In this document: piece by piece, positions 49,842-60,802 of the stretch
How positions within the stretch are numbered: the stretch's first letter is position 1
Layout: each line of letters starts with the position of its first letter
NCBI GenBank assembly: GCA_963733565.1
Contig: CAVTDU010000038.1
Coordinates: forward strand, 81,466 to 145,465
Origin: an uncultured Gammaproteobacteria bacterium
GTDB lineage: Bacteria; Pseudomonadota; Gammaproteobacteria; Steroidobacterales; Steroidobacteraceae
Direction: 5' to 3'
Length of the DNA: 64,000 nucleotides
Notes under the pieces: model-generated
Database searches by the model: none
What the model was told of the DNA's origin: nothing
What the model saw: only the letters and a program-made list of their open reading frames with translations
Program-made: the position numbers and the translations under genes

Positions 49842-50229
49842 TGATTTTCCGACCTTCGCTTGCTAGAGTCCGGCACAGAAGCGCTGTCGGACCGCTGTTG
49901 CGGCCGGATTTGCGCCGATTCCGCGTGACGACCGTGGGCCGAACGGCTTGCGGCGCGCGCATCTTAGTTGGTTCTGATACGTCAGACCATCGCACTGCCG
50001 TGAACACGCGCAGGTACCCCGGCCCCGGCGGGCGGCGGACCAGCGCGGAAACCGGCGGGCTCGATGCCAGACAACCAGGATTCGGTCCAACGCCTGCGTT
50101 CCCTTTCGAGGGCAGGCGCCACAAATGACAGCCGCATGACACTTCAGGCCGCTGCCAGACCTCTCCGCAAGGCCACGGCACCACCCGTCCGGGCGTTCAC
50201 GGTCCCAAGCTCGTATTCAGCGAGGACCG
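49842..50229 (+). promoter_or_regulatory. rne promoter and long 5' leader
   Basis: 388-bp noncoding gap between divergent rluC and rne. RNase E genes typically carry a long autoregulatory 5' UTR. Assigned by position only. Confidence 0.5.
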
Positions 50230-52830
50230 ATGAAGAGAATGCTCGTCAACGCAACCCAGGAAGAGGAGTTGCGCGTTGCGCTGGTGGATGGCCAGCGGAT
50301 TTATGACCTCGATATCGAAATTCCCTCCCGGGAAACCAAGAAAGCCAACGTCTACAAGGGTCGCATCACCCGCGTAGAGCCCAGCCTCGAAGCCGCGTTC
50401 ATCGATTATGGCGCCGAGCGCCATGGCTTCCTGCCGCTCAAGGAAATCTCCCGCGAGTACTTCAAGGCCCAGGACGGCGAAGCGGGCCGACCCGGCATCC
50501 GCGAACTGATCCAGGAAGGCCAGGAACTCATCGTCCAGGTCGAGAAGGAGGAGCGCGGCAACAAGGGCGCAGCCCTCACCACGTTCGTGAGTCTCGCCGG
50601 CCGCTTCCTGGTCCTGATGCCGAACAACCCGCGGGCGGGCGGCGTGTCCCGCCGCATCGAGGGCGAGGACCGCGACCAGCTGCGCGAGGCGATGGACAAC
50701 CTGCAGATCCCCGACGGCATGGGCGCGATCGTGCGCACGGCCGGCGTCGGGCGCACTCCCGAGGAGCTGCAGTGGGACCTCAACAACCTGGTCGACATCT
50801 GGAACGCGATCAAGCAGGCGACGGACGGCCGCCCTGCCCCGTTCCTGATCTACCAGGAGAGCAAGGCGATCCTGCGGGCGCTGCGCGACTACCTGTCCGA
50901 CGACATCGGTGAAATCCTGATCGACAAGCAGGAGATCTTCGCCGAGGCGCAGGACTACATGCAGCGCTTCATGCCGGGCAACCTGCGCAAGCTCAAGTTC
51001 TACGACGACCACGTCCCGGTCTTCACGCGCTACCAGATCGAGAGCCAGATCGAGTCCGCGTACTCGCACAAGGTGACGCTGCCCTCGGGCGGCAGCATCG
51101 TGATCGATCACACCGAGGCGCTGGTGTCGATCGACATCAACTCCGCGCGCAGCACCCGCGGCACGGACATCGAGACGACGGCCTGCAACACCAACCTCGA
51201 GGCTGCGGACGAGATCGCCCGCCAGATGCGCCTGCGCGACGTGGGCGGCCTGATCGTCATCGACTTCATCGACATGGAGTCGCAGAAGAACCAGCGCGCG
51301 GTCGAGGACCGGCTGCGCGACGCGGTCAAGCAGGACCGCGCCCGCATCCAGATCGGCCGCATCTCGCGCTTCGGCCTGCTCGAGCTCTCGCGACAGCGCC
51401 TGCGGCCGTCGATCAGCGAGACGACCAACATCGTCTGCCCGCGCTGCAGTGGCATGGGCGTGATCCGCAGCGTCGAGTCGCTGGCGCTCGCCATCCTGCG
51501 CCTGATCGGCGAGGAGGCGCGCAAGGACCGCACTTCAAAGGTGATCGCGCAGTTGCCGGTGGACGTCGCGACCTACCTGATGAACGAGAAGCGCGAGTGG
51601 CTGCACAGCATCGAGGCGCGCAGCGGGATCGACGTGATCCTCGTGCCGAACCGGTACCTCGAGACGCCCGCCTACGAGCTGCGCCGCGTGCGCGACGACG
51701 AGGCGGACATGCCCGAGTTCTCGGTGATCAGCCACCAGATGGCCGTGCAGCCGCAGGTGAACCTCGATGCGATCGCCGCCGAGGAAAAGGCCGCTCCGCC
51801 GCCACCCGTGCCGGCGGTGACGACGGTCGTTCCCAGCACGCCGGCTCCCCCGTCGGCACCCGAGCCGGTGGCCGTTGCGCCCGCGGCACCGGCCGTCGCT
51901 GCGGCTGTCGTCCCGCAGTACGGCCCGCGCGATGGCGCGCTGGTGCGTTTGTGGCACTGGCTCGTCGGCGACAAGCGTGCGCCGGAACCGCAGGCCGCGA
52001 CCCCGCCCGCACGAAGTGATGCGGACCGGCACCTCAGTCGCGACCGCGACCGCGACCGTGGCCGGTCCCGCGACGGGCGTCAGGGCGGGCGCGACGGGCG
52101 CCGCGACGAGCGTGGCCGGGACGAGAAGCGCGCGCAGCGCGACGGCGAGCGTCGACCGGAGCGCAAGGACGGTGAGCGTCGCCCTGAACCGCGCAACGAG
52201 CAGCGTCCGGAACAGCGCGGCGACCAGCGTGGAGAGCGCGGCCGACGGCCCGACCAGCAGCAGGCCCAGGGCGGGCAGCGTGAGCGTCGCCCGGAGGGGC
52301 AGTCGCGCAACCAGCAGCAGGCCCAGCCGCAGCGCGACGAGCAGCGTCCGGAGCAGCCGCGAGTCGAGCAGCAGCGCGCGCCGCAGCCGCCCCGGACCGA
52401 CATGTCGGCGGGACCGGTCGACGGACAGCAGGCCGAGCAGACAGAGCGGCCCGAGGGCGAGCGTGGCGAGCGTACCGGTCGTCGCTCGCGTCGAGGCGGA
52501 CGGCGCCGTCGCCGTGAGCCTGGCGAGACGTTCGGCGGCGAGCAGCGGCCGGAGAACGGATCGTTCGAAGGTGGCGGCGCCCAGTCGCCGGCACCCGCTT
52601 CCGAATCTGCGCCTGACTTCTCGCCTGCGCGCGAGAGTGCGCCGCCGCGGGACATGCCTCGCCCGCAGCCTGGATCGTTCGATTTCGAGCGCGTCCCCGA
52701 GCGCGCAGCGGAGCGCACCCAGGCTCCCCCGGCGGCATTGCCGATCGTGCGACCGCCGCACGAGGTGCAGGAATGGACTCCGACGCCACCGAGTGATGCG
52801 ACTCGCGCGGAGCCGCGCAACGAGCCGTGA
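50230..52830 (+). CDS. rne: ribonuclease E
   Basis: [30 protein letters not shown]..., S1 domain, DFIDM catalytic region, CPRCSGMG zinc link, long Arg/Pro/Glu-rich C-terminal scaffold. Confidence 0.95.
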   Translation: MKRMLVNATQEEELRVALVDGQRIYDLDIEIPSRETKKANVYKGRITRVEPSLEAAFIDYGAERHGFLPLKEISREYFKAQDGEAGRPGIRELIQEGQELIVQVEKEERGNKGAALTTFVSLAGRFLVLMPNNPRAGGVSRRIEGEDRDQLREAMDNLQIPDGMGAIVRTAGVGRTPEELQWDLNNLVDIWNAIKQATDGRPAPFLIYQESKAILRALRDYLSDDIGEILIDKQEIFAEAQDYMQRFMPGNLRKLKFYDDHVPVFTRYQIESQIESAYSHKVTLPSGGSIVIDHTEALVSIDINSARSTRGTDIETTACNTNLEAADEIARQMRLRDVGGLIVIDFIDMESQKNQRAVEDRLRDAVKQDRARIQIGRISRFGLLELSRQRLRPSISETTNIVCPRCSGMGVIRSVESLALAILRLIGEEARKDRTSKVIAQLPVDVATYLMNEKREWLHSIEARSGIDVILVPNRYLETPAYELRRVRDDEADMPEFSVISHQMAVQPQVNLDAIAAEEKAAPPPPVPAVTTVVPSTPAPPSAPEPVAVAPAAPAVAAAVVPQYGPRDGALVRLWHWLVGDKRAPEPQAATPPARSDADRHLSRDRDRDRGRSRDGRQGGRDGRRDERGRDEKRAQRDGERRPERKDGERRPEPRNEQRPEQRGDQRGERGRRPDQQQAQGGQRERRPEGQSRNQQQAQPQRDEQRPEQPRVEQQRAPQPPRTDMSAGPVDGQQAEQTERPEGERGERTGRRSRRGGRRRRREPGETFGGEQRPENGSFEGGGAQSPAPASESAPDFSPARESAPPRDMPRPQPGSFDFERVPERAAERTQAPPAALPIVRPPHEVQEWTPTPPSDATRAEPRNEP

Positions 52831-52856
52831 TGCCGGCCGGCGTCGTCTAGCGGCGC

Positions 52857-53336
52857 CTGGTGGCTGACCGGGCAAGCAACTCGTCGAGGAGGCCTTTCGA
52901 GGCCTCTTCGACGAGGTCGAGCACGTGCTCGAATCCGACCGGCCCGCCGTAGTACGGATCCGGAACGTCCTCGACGTCGCGTCGTCGGTGCGAACTCGAG
53001 CATCAGCCTGACCCGTTCGCGATATTCGTCGGGGCTGCGATCGAGCAGGACCTCCCGGTTCAACTGGTCCATGGCGACCAGCAGGTCGAAGCCCTCGAAG
53101 TCGGCCTCGTCAACCATGCGGGCCCGCAGACCGCTCAGGTCGATCCCCCGGCGCGCAGCCGCGGCAATGGCACGCCGGTCCGGCGGCTCGCCGACGTGGT
53201 AGGCGTGCGTGCCGGCCGAATCGATCTCGACCTGGAGGTGCGGCGCGCGCTCCTGGACCAGCTTGCGGAATACGCCCTCGGCGGTGGGCGACCTGCAGAT
53301 GTTGCCCATGCAGACGAACAGGATCCGGGTGGTCAT
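52857..53336 (-). CDS. low-molecular-weight protein-tyrosine phosphatase, one apparent frameshift
   Basis: [14 protein letters not shown]-loop. The conserved DVPDPYYGG tail is recovered in a shifted frame from about 52980. Confidence 0.8.
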
Positions 53337-53339
53337 CGT

Positions 53340-54004
53340 TCACCTCGCAAGGTAGTGCATCCAGAGTATGCGGGCGGCGACCGACCGCCACGGGCGACCA
53401 GCGTTCCGCCATCTCGACCTGCTGCTCGCGCGACGGCACGTCGCCGAGTCGCTTCACATCGCGCATTGCGATCGCCAGCGCCAGGTCGCCGCGAGGCCAG
53501 ACGTCCGGCCGACGCAGCGCCATCAGGAAATAGATGTCGACGCTCCAGTGACCGATGCCGGGAACCTCGAGCAGCATCGCGCGCGCCTGCGCTTCAGGCG
53601 AGCGACTCACGACACGCAGGTCGAGGGCGCCGTCCAGCAGTCGCTGCGCGAGTTCATTGCAGTAGCGCGCCTTCTGTCGCGTCAGGCCGAACTCGCGAAG
53701 CCCGGAGATCCCCGCATGCGTCACCGCAGCCGGCGTGACCTGCCCCCCGAGGGCGATACGCAGCCTGCGGAACAATGTTCGCGCCGAAGCGATCGAGACC
53801 TGCTGCTCGAGGATGATCCAGACCAGCGTCGCGAAGCCCGGCTGTCGCCCCCACATCGGCGGGCAGCCATGCTGCTCGACGATGCGGGCAAGGTCCCGGT
53901 CGCGAGTGGCCAGCTGCCGGGCACCGGCCTGCAGCGTCCGCCGCCGTCAGGCGTCGACTCGCCGCGCGTCCGCTTGCCTCGTCGATCCGATCGGGTGCGG
54001 GCAT
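53340..54004 (-). CDS. HhH-GPD DNA glycosylase (AlkA-like 3-methyladenine glycosylase II), two apparent frameshifts
   Basis: FATLVWIILEQQVSIASA, helix-hairpin-helix LLEVPGIGHWSVDIYF, catalytic-Asp region WPRGDLAL. N- and C-terminal ends lie in shifted frames. Confidence 0.7.
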
Positions 54005-54106
54005 CGCTGCCATCAAGGGGCCTCATCTGCTGCGCGGAAGTGTCGCGTCGCCTATGGTACCGTTCAACGCAGCCTCCATACGCGGCCTGACAAGCGCGCC
54101 AGACGC

Positions 54107-54476
54107 ATGCAACGGAACCGACTCGTCTATTCCACCGGCACCGGCCGCCTGTGCCCGGAATGCGGCCGCACGAGCGTGGAATGCCGCTGCAGGCGCAGCA
54201 AGCCCGCGCAGGCGGCGCCCACGGCGCCGCAGGGCGACGGAATCGTCCGGGTCGGGCGCGAAACCAAGGGCCGCAAGGGCAAGGGCGTCACGGTGATCAG
54301 CGGCATACCGCTCGCCGGCGATGAACTCGGCGCGCTCGCGACGAAACTGAAGAAGCGCTGCGGCTGCGGCGGCACGGTGGATGGGGCCTTGATCGAGATC
54401 CAGGGCGACCACCGCGACCTGCTGGTCGAGGAACTCGGCAAGCTCGGCTACACAGTCGCGTCGCTCGGGCGGCTGA
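54107..54476 (+). CDS. yciH: SUI1-family translation initiation factor YciH, apparent frameshift in the last codons
   Basis: VYSTGTGRLCPECG..., GRKGKGVTVI, CGCGGTV..IEIQGDHRD. In the ORF track it runs into rluF in frame only because of a shift near 54458. Confidence 0.8.
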
Positions 54477-54487
54477 GTCACCTGCCC

Positions 54488-55216
54488 GTGCGGATCAACA
54501 AGTATCTCGCTGAGACCGGCACGTGCTCACGGCGCGAGGCCGACCAGTGGATCGAGGCCGGTCGCGTCACGGTCGACGGCACGCAGGCCGTGCTCGGCAC
54601 GCAGGTGAGCGAAGGCGCCATCGTGCTGGTGGACGGCAAGCCCCTGCCCGACAAGCCACACCGGGTCTACCTCGCGCTCAACAAGCCGATCGGCATCGAG
54701 TGCACGACCGATCGGGAGGTGCCAGGCAACATCGTCGACTTCGTCGGGCACCGCGAACGGGTCTTTCCGATCGGGCGGCTGGACAAGGACTCCGAAGGAC
54801 TCATCCTGCTGACGAACGACGGCGACATCGTGAACACGATCCTGCGCGCCGAGAACGAGCACGAGAAGGAGTACGTGGTCGCCGTGGATCGCCCGCTCAC
54901 GCCCGCCTTCCTCGCCGGCATGGCGGCCGGAGTGCCGATCCTCGATACCGTCACGAACCCGTGCAGGGTGACGCAGGTCGGCAGGAACACCTTCCGCATC
55001 GTGCTCACGCAGGGCCTGAACCGCCAGATCCGCCGCATGTGCGAGCACTTCGACTACACGGTGCGCGGACTGCAGCGTGTGCGGATCATGCACGTGCGCC
55101 TCGGCGACCTGCCTGTCGGCAAGTGGCGCAACCTGACGGCGGAGGAACTTCGCGGCCTGGTCGCGTCGCGGACGACGCTGAGCCTGCGTCCACGCGCCAG
55201 GCGCCCGGGAACCTGA
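54488..55216 (+). CDS. rluF: RsuA/RluF-family rRNA pseudouridine synthase
   Basis: GTG start. S4 domain RINKYLAETGTCSRREADQWIEAGRVTVDG; catalytic GRLDKDSEGLILLTNDG; GLNRQIRRM. Confidence 0.8.
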   Translation: MRINKYLAETGTCSRREADQWIEAGRVTVDGTQAVLGTQVSEGAIVLVDGKPLPDKPHRVYLALNKPIGIECTTDREVPGNIVDFVGHRERVFPIGRLDKDSEGLILLTNDGDIVNTILRAENEHEKEYVVAVDRPLTPAFLAGMAAGVPILDTVTNPCRVTQVGRNTFRIVLTQGLNRQIRRMCEHFDYTVRGLQRVRIMHVRLGDLPVGKWRNLTAEELRGLVASRTTLSLRPRARRPGT

Positions 55217-55226
55217 CCGGGTTCGG

Positions 55227-55547
55227 TCAATCGGCCGCTGCGGCCTCGCGCTGCGCCCGCTTGTGCGTCAGGTCCAGGTACAGGTTGTAGCCCGCGACTC
55301 CCGCCGGGAACAGGTTCGAAAGAATCCCGACCGAATCGTTCTTGCCGAAGATGAAGTACGACAGCAGCAGCAGGCTGCCGGAAATGCTCATGAACCAGAA
55401 CACGGTGGGCACGACCGGCTTGCCGTGCGCGCGGGAGTAGGCCATCTGCACGAACCATCGCCCCGCGAACAGCACGACGCCGGCATAGCCGACCAGCTTC
55501 CACGGCGTGAGCGTGACGCCGAACGCGACCATGAGCACCTGGTTCAC
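55227..55547 (-). CDS. lipid-A-disaccharide synthase N-terminal domain (LAB_N) membrane protein
   Basis: About 100-aa, three-TM protein (...FAGRWFVQMAYSRAHGKPVVPTVFWFMSISGSLLLL...) downstream of kdsB. Start (GTG 55547 or ATG 55532) uncertain. Confidence 0.6.
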   Translation of the reverse strand: MNQVLMVAFGVTLTPWKLVGYAGVVLFAGRWFVQMAYSRAHGKPVVPTVFWFMSISGSLLLLSYFIFGKNDSVGILSNLFPAGVAGYNLYLDLTHKRAQREAAAAD

Positions 55548-56341
55548 TGGCTGCCTCCTGTGCTGCCGGCGCCGCGCGCCGCGCGGGTCCGGGCATGTTC
55601 GAGATCCTGCTCCGTGTCGACGCCGGGACCCGGTGCCTCGACACACGTTCCCACCACGATCCGGACGCCGTTCTGCATGGCCCTGAGCTGCTCGAGCTTC
55701 TCGCGCAACTCGAGGCTGGACGGCGCCAGGCTCGTGATGCGCCGGAGCACGCCGACCCGGTACGCGTAGATGCCGACGTGACGCAGCGCGTCGCCGAATT
55801 CGCGCTGGCTGGCGAGCCCTGCCGCGGCGCCGTCACGCGTCCACGGGATCGGAGCCCGGCTGAAATACAGGGCGGCACCGTCGGTCGCAGTCACGACCTT
55901 GACGACGTTCGGGTCCATGAACTGCTCGAGCGACTCGATCGGAGTCGCAAGCGTTGCGATGCCGGCGGCCGCGTCTCGCTCGAGCAGCGCCGCGACCTGG
56001 TCGATCAGCGCCGGCGGCAGGAAGGGCTCGTCGCCCTGCACGTTCACGACGATCGTGTCGTCGCTCCAGCCGAACCCGGCCGCGACGGCCGCGACGCGAT
56101 CCGTGCCGGACGGAAGTGCCGGATCGGTCATCACCGCGATCCCGCGACCCGGCGCACGCGGATCGGTCACGACCGCGGCAATGCGGGCATCGTCCGTGGC
56201 GACCAGCACCTGCGTCGCGCCACTGGCACATGCGCGCTCGACCACGTGCTGCACCATCGGCCGGCCCGCAATGTCCAGCAGCGGCTTGCCCGGCAGCCGG
56301 GTCGAGGCGTAACGCGCCGGGATGACGACGTGGAACGCCAA
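55544..56341 (-). CDS. kdsB: 3-deoxy-manno-octulosonate cytidylyltransferase
   Basis: VVIPARYASTRLPGKPL, VNVQGDEP motifs. Confidence 0.92.
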   Translation of the reverse strand: MAFHVVIPARYASTRLPGKPLLDIAGRPMVQHVVERACASGATQVLVATDDARIAAVVTDPRAPGRGIAVMTDPALPSGTDRVAAVAAGFGWSDDTIVVNVQGDEPFLPPALIDQVAALLERDAAAGIATLATPIESLEQFMDPNVVKVVTATDGAALYFSRAPIPWTRDGAAAGLASQREFGDALRHVGIYAYRVGVLRRITSLAPSSLELREKLEQLRAMQNGVRIVVGTCVEAPGPGVDTEQDLEHARTRAARGAGSTGGSQ

Positions 56342-56343
56342 GG

Positions 56344-56532
56344 TCAGTCCCTGAGCAGCGGATCGTCGAGGTCGAGCCGCTTCGCTTCGTCCTCCAGCAT
56401 CACCGGAATGTCGTCACGCACCGGATACGCGAGCCGGTCCGCGCGGCAGACGAGGCAAGGCACGTCGCGATGCCACTGCAGCGGGCCCTTGCAGACCGGG
56501 CACGCGAGTATGTCGAGCAGCTTGCTATCCAA
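56344..56532 (-). CDS. ycaR: Trm112-family protein (YcaR / UPF0434)
   Basis: [13 protein letters not shown] ... IPVML. Probable TTG start overlapping the lpxK stop. Confidence 0.8.
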   Translation of the reverse strand: MDSKLLDILACPVCKGPLQWHRDVPCLVCRADRLAYPVRDDIPVMLEDEAKRLDLDDPLLRD

Positions 56533-57568
56533 GTTTGACTCCTGCACCGGTGAGGCCGGCGCGCTCGAGAACTAGTGCGATCAGGTCCTGCGCCGTCTCC
56601 CGCTCGATCACGTACGTCCAGTTCGACGTACCACCAGTCGGGCCGCGCGTACGACGCGCATTTTACGGCATCCTTCTCCGTCATCAGGACCGTCGTTCCA
56701 TCGGGGAACGGCAGGTGCCGCGGGTCGAGCGCGCCGTGGTCCGCAAGCGCATGCCCTCCGCCGTAATTCCGGCTTCGCTCAATGCAGCGAAAAAAGCCTG
56801 CGGATTGCCGATGCCGGCAAGTGCATGCACGCGAGTCCCGCGAAACGTGGCGAGTTCCCGCCGCTCGCCGGACCGGAGATTGACCGCCGGTCCGGTGTCG
56901 AACCGGGCATCCGCGACGAACGGCCGACGCGGCCTCGAGCTGCCGATTCCGCGGAGACGCTGCGCCGCGCAAGGACCACGGCGTCCACTGTCTCGATGCG
57001 GCTCGCCGGTTCGCGCAGTGGCCCTGCCGGCAGCAGCAGCCGGTTGCCGAAGCCACGCGCCGCGTCGACGACCGCGATCTCGTAGTCGCGCGCGAGACGC
57101 AGGTGCTGCAGGCCGTCGTCACAGACGACGATCCGGGCACCCTGCTCCACCGCCAGCCGCGCGGCCGCGACACGGTCGGCACCGATCACGACCACCTGGG
57201 GACCGCGACGCGCATGCAGCAGCGCCTCGTCGCCGACTTCGGCCGCGTCGTCCGCCGCGGTCACGACCCGCGGCGCCCCCGAATGACGGGCACCGTAGCC
57301 ACGCATCACGATTCCGACCCGATGCCCGCGAAGCTGCAGCTGCCGCCCCAGCCAGAGCGCGATCGGCGTCTTGCCCGTGCCGCCGACCGTGAGATTCCCG
57401 ACCACGACGACTGGCACCGGCACGCGGTGGCTGCGCAGGATGCCGGCGCGATAGAGCCCGCGACGCAGCGAGACCAGCAGCCAGGAACACGAGGCTCAGC
57501 GGCCAGAGCGGCAGGCCGAGCCACGCGGGCCCGTACCAGATCCGCTGCAGGACCGACTCGAGGCTCAT
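56525..57568 (-). CDS. lpxK: tetraacyldisaccharide 4'-kinase, at least four apparent frameshifts
   Basis: IWYGPAW..., [17 protein letters not shown]-loop, [15 protein letters not shown]. These motifs are spread over four ORF fragments in different frames. Confidence 0.8.
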
Positions 57569-59331
57569 TCGTTGAACTGCATGCGGTAGAGCACCGCATA
57601 CTGGCCGTTCCGGGCCAGGAGCTCCTCGTGTGTGCCCGTCTCGATCACCCGCCCCCCGTCCATCACGAGGATGCGGTCGGCCTTCTCGACGGTGGACAGC
57701 CGGTGCGCGATGACGAGCGTCGTGCGGTTGTGCATCAGGTGCTCGAGCTGCTCCTGGATCTGGCGCTCGAGCTCGGTGTCGAGCGCCGAGGTCGCCTCGT
57801 CGAGGATCAGGATCGGCGTGTTCCTGAGCAGCGCGCGCGCGATCGCGATGCGCTGTCTCTGTCCTCCCGAGAGCAGCACGCCGCGGTCGCCGACGATGGT
57901 CTGGAGCCCCAGCTCCATCTGGTCCGTGAACTCCGTGACGCGAGCGGCAGCCGCGGCCGCCTCGATCTGCGCGTCGGTGGCGTCGAAGCCGAAGGAGATG
58001 TTCTTGCTGACCGTGTCGTTGAACAGCACGACGTCCTGGCTCACCAGGCTCACCTGGGCACGCAGGTCCTGCAGCCGGTAGTCGCGCACGTCGTGGCCAT
58101 CCAGCCGCACGCTCCCCGACGTCACGTCGTAGAAGCGCGGCAGCAGGTTCACGATCGTGGACTTGCCGCCGCCCGACCGCCCGACGATTGCAAGCGTCTC
58201 GCCTGCCCGAACGCTGAAGCTCACGCCCGAGAGCACCGCCTCGGCGCCAGTCGGATAGCGGAAATTGACGTCGCGATACTCGACCTCGCCGCGGGCGCGC
58301 CCGAGCACCCGGTCGCCGCCCGCGTCTTCAAGCGGCGTGTCGATGATCTGGAAAATGCTCTGGGCGGCCGCAATGCCCTGCTGCAGCGGGCCGGCGACGT
58401 TCACGAGCCTGCGCAGCGGCGCCGTCACGAGACCGAGGGCGACCATGAACGCCGTGAACGACCCGACGGTCGTCTGCCCTGCGACGGCGTCGACGGTTGC
58501 CATGTACAGCACGCCGGCCATTGCCGTGGCCGCAATGGTCTGGACGACCGGATTGCTGAGGCCCTTGGTGAACATGAGCCGCATGTGCGAGCGGCGGTTC
58601 TTCTCGATGACTTCCTCGAAGAGCCCGGCCTCGTAGGCCTGCGCGTTGAAGACACGCACGACCCGCGGCGCCTCGATCGCCTCCTTCGCCACGCGCGTCA
58701 CGTCGCCCATCGAGTTCTGGATGCGACGGCTATGCCGTCGAAACAGCATGTTGATCCGCCGCACGATGAAGGCGATGAGCGGACCGACGGTCAGGCTGAT
58801 CAGCGTGAGCTTGGGGTTGAGGTACAGCAGGTAGCCGATGAGCCCGACGATGCTCAGGCTGTCGCGAATGAACACCGTGAGCGAATCCGTGGTCGCCTGC
58901 GCGACCTGCTCCGTGTTGTAGGTCAGGCGCGAGAGCAGCACGCCGGACGCCTCGTGATCGAAGTAACCGACCGGGAGGTGCAGGTAGCGGTCGAATATCT
59001 GCGAGCGCAGCGTCTTGACGATGTGTCGCCCGACGTAGCCGGGACAGTACGTCTGCATGAAGTCGCCGACGCCGCGCAGCATGAACAGGCCGATCAGCGC
59101 GAGCGGCACGAGCCAGACCATGCGCGGGTCCTTGTCGACGAAGGTGCCGTCGAGGAAGAACTTCGCGAATGCGGCCCAGCCCGCATCGGTGGCCGCGAAG
59201 ATCACCATGCCGACCACGCCGAGCGCGAACATGCCGCGGTGCGGCCTCAGGTAGCCGACGAGCCTGCGATAGGTCTGGATCGCCCCGGCGGGCATCCGCA
59301 GTTCGGTGACCTTACTTGCCTTCAGTCTCAT
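57565..59331 (-). CDS. msbA: lipid A export ABC transporter permease/ATPase MsbA
   Basis: Intact 588-aa ORF: six-TM domain plus NBD (GRSGGGKST, LSGGQRQRIAIARA, ILILDEATSALD). Confidence 0.92.
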   Translation of the reverse strand: MRLKASKVTELRMPAGAIQTYRRLVGYLRPHRGMFALGVVGMVIFAATDAGWAAFAKFFLDGTFVDKDPRMVWLVPLALIGLFMLRGVGDFMQTYCPGYVGRHIVKTLRSQIFDRYLHLPVGYFDHEASGVLLSRLTYNTEQVAQATTDSLTVFIRDSLSIVGLIGYLLYLNPKLTLISLTVGPLIAFIVRRINMLFRRHSRRIQNSMGDVTRVAKEAIEAPRVVRVFNAQAYEAGLFEEVIEKNRRSHMRLMFTKGLSNPVVQTIAATAMAGVLYMATVDAVAGQTTVGSFTAFMVALGLVTAPLRRLVNVAGPLQQGIAAAQSIFQIIDTPLEDAGGDRVLGRARGEVEYRDVNFRYPTGAEAVLSGVSFSVRAGETLAIVGRSGGGKSTIVNLLPRFYDVTSGSVRLDGHDVRDYRLQDLRAQVSLVSQDVVLFNDTVSKNISFGFDATDAQIEAAAAAARVTEFTDQMELGLQTIVGDRGVLLSGGQRQRIAIARALLRNTPILILDEATSALDTELERQIQEQLEHLMHNRTTLVIAHRLSTVEKADRILVMDGGRVIETGTHEELLARNGQYAVLYRMQFNE

Positions 59332-59741
59332 CGTTGACCGTTGCGATGTTGATCTGCCGGTAGCCCAGCCGCCCGGCGACGTCCATCGCCGTCACGACCG
59401 ACTGGTGCATGGCGCGGGCATCGGCCCGGATCGTCACGGGCATGGCCCGGTTGCCGCCGGCCGCCTTGCCGATCGCGGTTGCGAGCGTGGCCGCGCTGTT
59501 GTTGATGAGCGCGCCGGCCGTCGACGCTGAAACCGCCCTCCGCGGAGACTTCGATTTCGATCGACTCGGGCTGCGCCTCGGCCTCCGGCGCGACACCCGC
59601 CTCCGGCAGCCGGACCTTCAGCCGGCCCTCGTCGATGAACTTGGTCGACAGCATGAAGAAGATCAGCAGCAGCAGCACGACGTCGATCAGCGACGTCATG
59701 TTGAGGTCGGGCTCTTCGGTGCGTCGCGGCTGGAACCTCAC
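59312..59741 (-). CDS. exbD: ExbD/TolR-family biopolymer transport protein, one apparent frameshift
   Basis: NMTSLIDVVLLLLIFFM TM segment, then periplasmic domain in ORF 59312-59596. Frame switch near 59515-59530. Confidence 0.8.
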
Positions 59742-60384
59742 GCCGCGTCTTCCCGCGCCATCAGCGGCATCGAGACGGTACCACTGGTGCGATCGATGGC
59801 CTGCACCAGCTTGATGGATTCCTTCTCCATCTGGATGACGAGCGTGTCCACGCGGCCACGCAGGTACCGTAGGCGACCAGCGCCGGTATCGCCACCAGCA
59901 GCCCCGCGGCCGTCGTGATCAGCGCCTCGGAGATGCCGCCAGCCATGGCCGTCGGGTTGCCGACGCCCGCCAGCGTGATCGCCTTGAACGTGCGGATCAT
60001 GCCGGTCACGGTGCCGAGCAGCCCCAGCAGCGGCGAAATGGCCGCGATGGTGCCGAGCATGTTCAGGTAGCGCTCGAGGTCGTGCACCACGTGCCGGCCG
60101 GCGTCCTCGATGGCGCCGATCATCACGGCACGGTCCCGATGCCGGTTCGCGAGGCCCGCCGCAAGCACGCGGCCCAGCGGCGAATGCTGCTGCAGCGCCA
60201 TGATCTGCTTGTCGGACAGCGCGCGGTTCTCGACCCACTGCCAGACCTTGTCGGTCAGCTCGACCGGCACGACCCGCTGGGAGCGCAACGTCCACAGCCG
60301 CTCCAGCGTAATGGCGACGGCCAGGATGGAGCACAGGATGATCGGCACCATGACGATGCCGCCGGCCTTCACGATCTCGAACAT
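59738..60384 (-). CDS. exbB: MotA/TolQ/ExbB proton-channel protein, one apparent frameshift
   Basis: MFEIVKAGGIVMVPIILCS..., GLLGTVTGMI, AEALITTAAGL motifs. Frame switch near 59865-59880. Confidence 0.85.
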
Positions 60385-60568
60385 GTGGTGGCTCGTTGTC
60401 CCCTGCCGCTGCGCCCGCGGATCATACTTGAAGGGGGACCCAGCCGCGACCCGGGACCGCCTAGGGAAGCTCTGCACAGGTGCGCACGGCCGCCTTCTGT
60501 CCGGTCGCCGTCACCGAGCGCGCAAGGTCAGCCACGCCGACTTTCGCTTCGGCACCGCGCGTCGAACG

Positions 60569-60779
60569 TGCGAGCGCGGTCAATCAATCGCGGGCGCGTC
60601 CGACCCGGTACCGTTCCCCGAGCTTGGAAAGGCAGACACGCGCTCTGGGAACGGTACCGGGTCGCACGCTTGCGACGTGCCAGCCTGCGGCGCCGTTAGA
60701 GCGCACGATCCGGTGCCTGTCACAGAGCGCGTGTCTGCCTTTCCAAGCTCGGTGACAGGCACTGGATCGAGCGCTCGCA
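60569..60779. repeat. twin inverted hairpin modules E6 (identical 28-nt loops, compensated stems)
   Basis: Hairpin 1 at 60601-60664 (perfect 18-bp stem); hairpin 2 at 60707-60768 (17-bp stem, one G-T). Loop 2 is the exact reverse complement of loop 1. Outer 9-bp pairing 60569-60577 / 60771-60779. Confidence 0.9.
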
Positions 60780-60802
60780 ATGCGGACCTGCCCAGCGCTT
60801 CC

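Noticed and set aside
51990-52830. Repetitive Arg/Asp/Glu/Pro-rich coding repeats at the 3' end of rne.
   Set aside because: Low-complexity, Arg-rich C-terminal scaffold regions are normal for RNase E, and the frame is intact.
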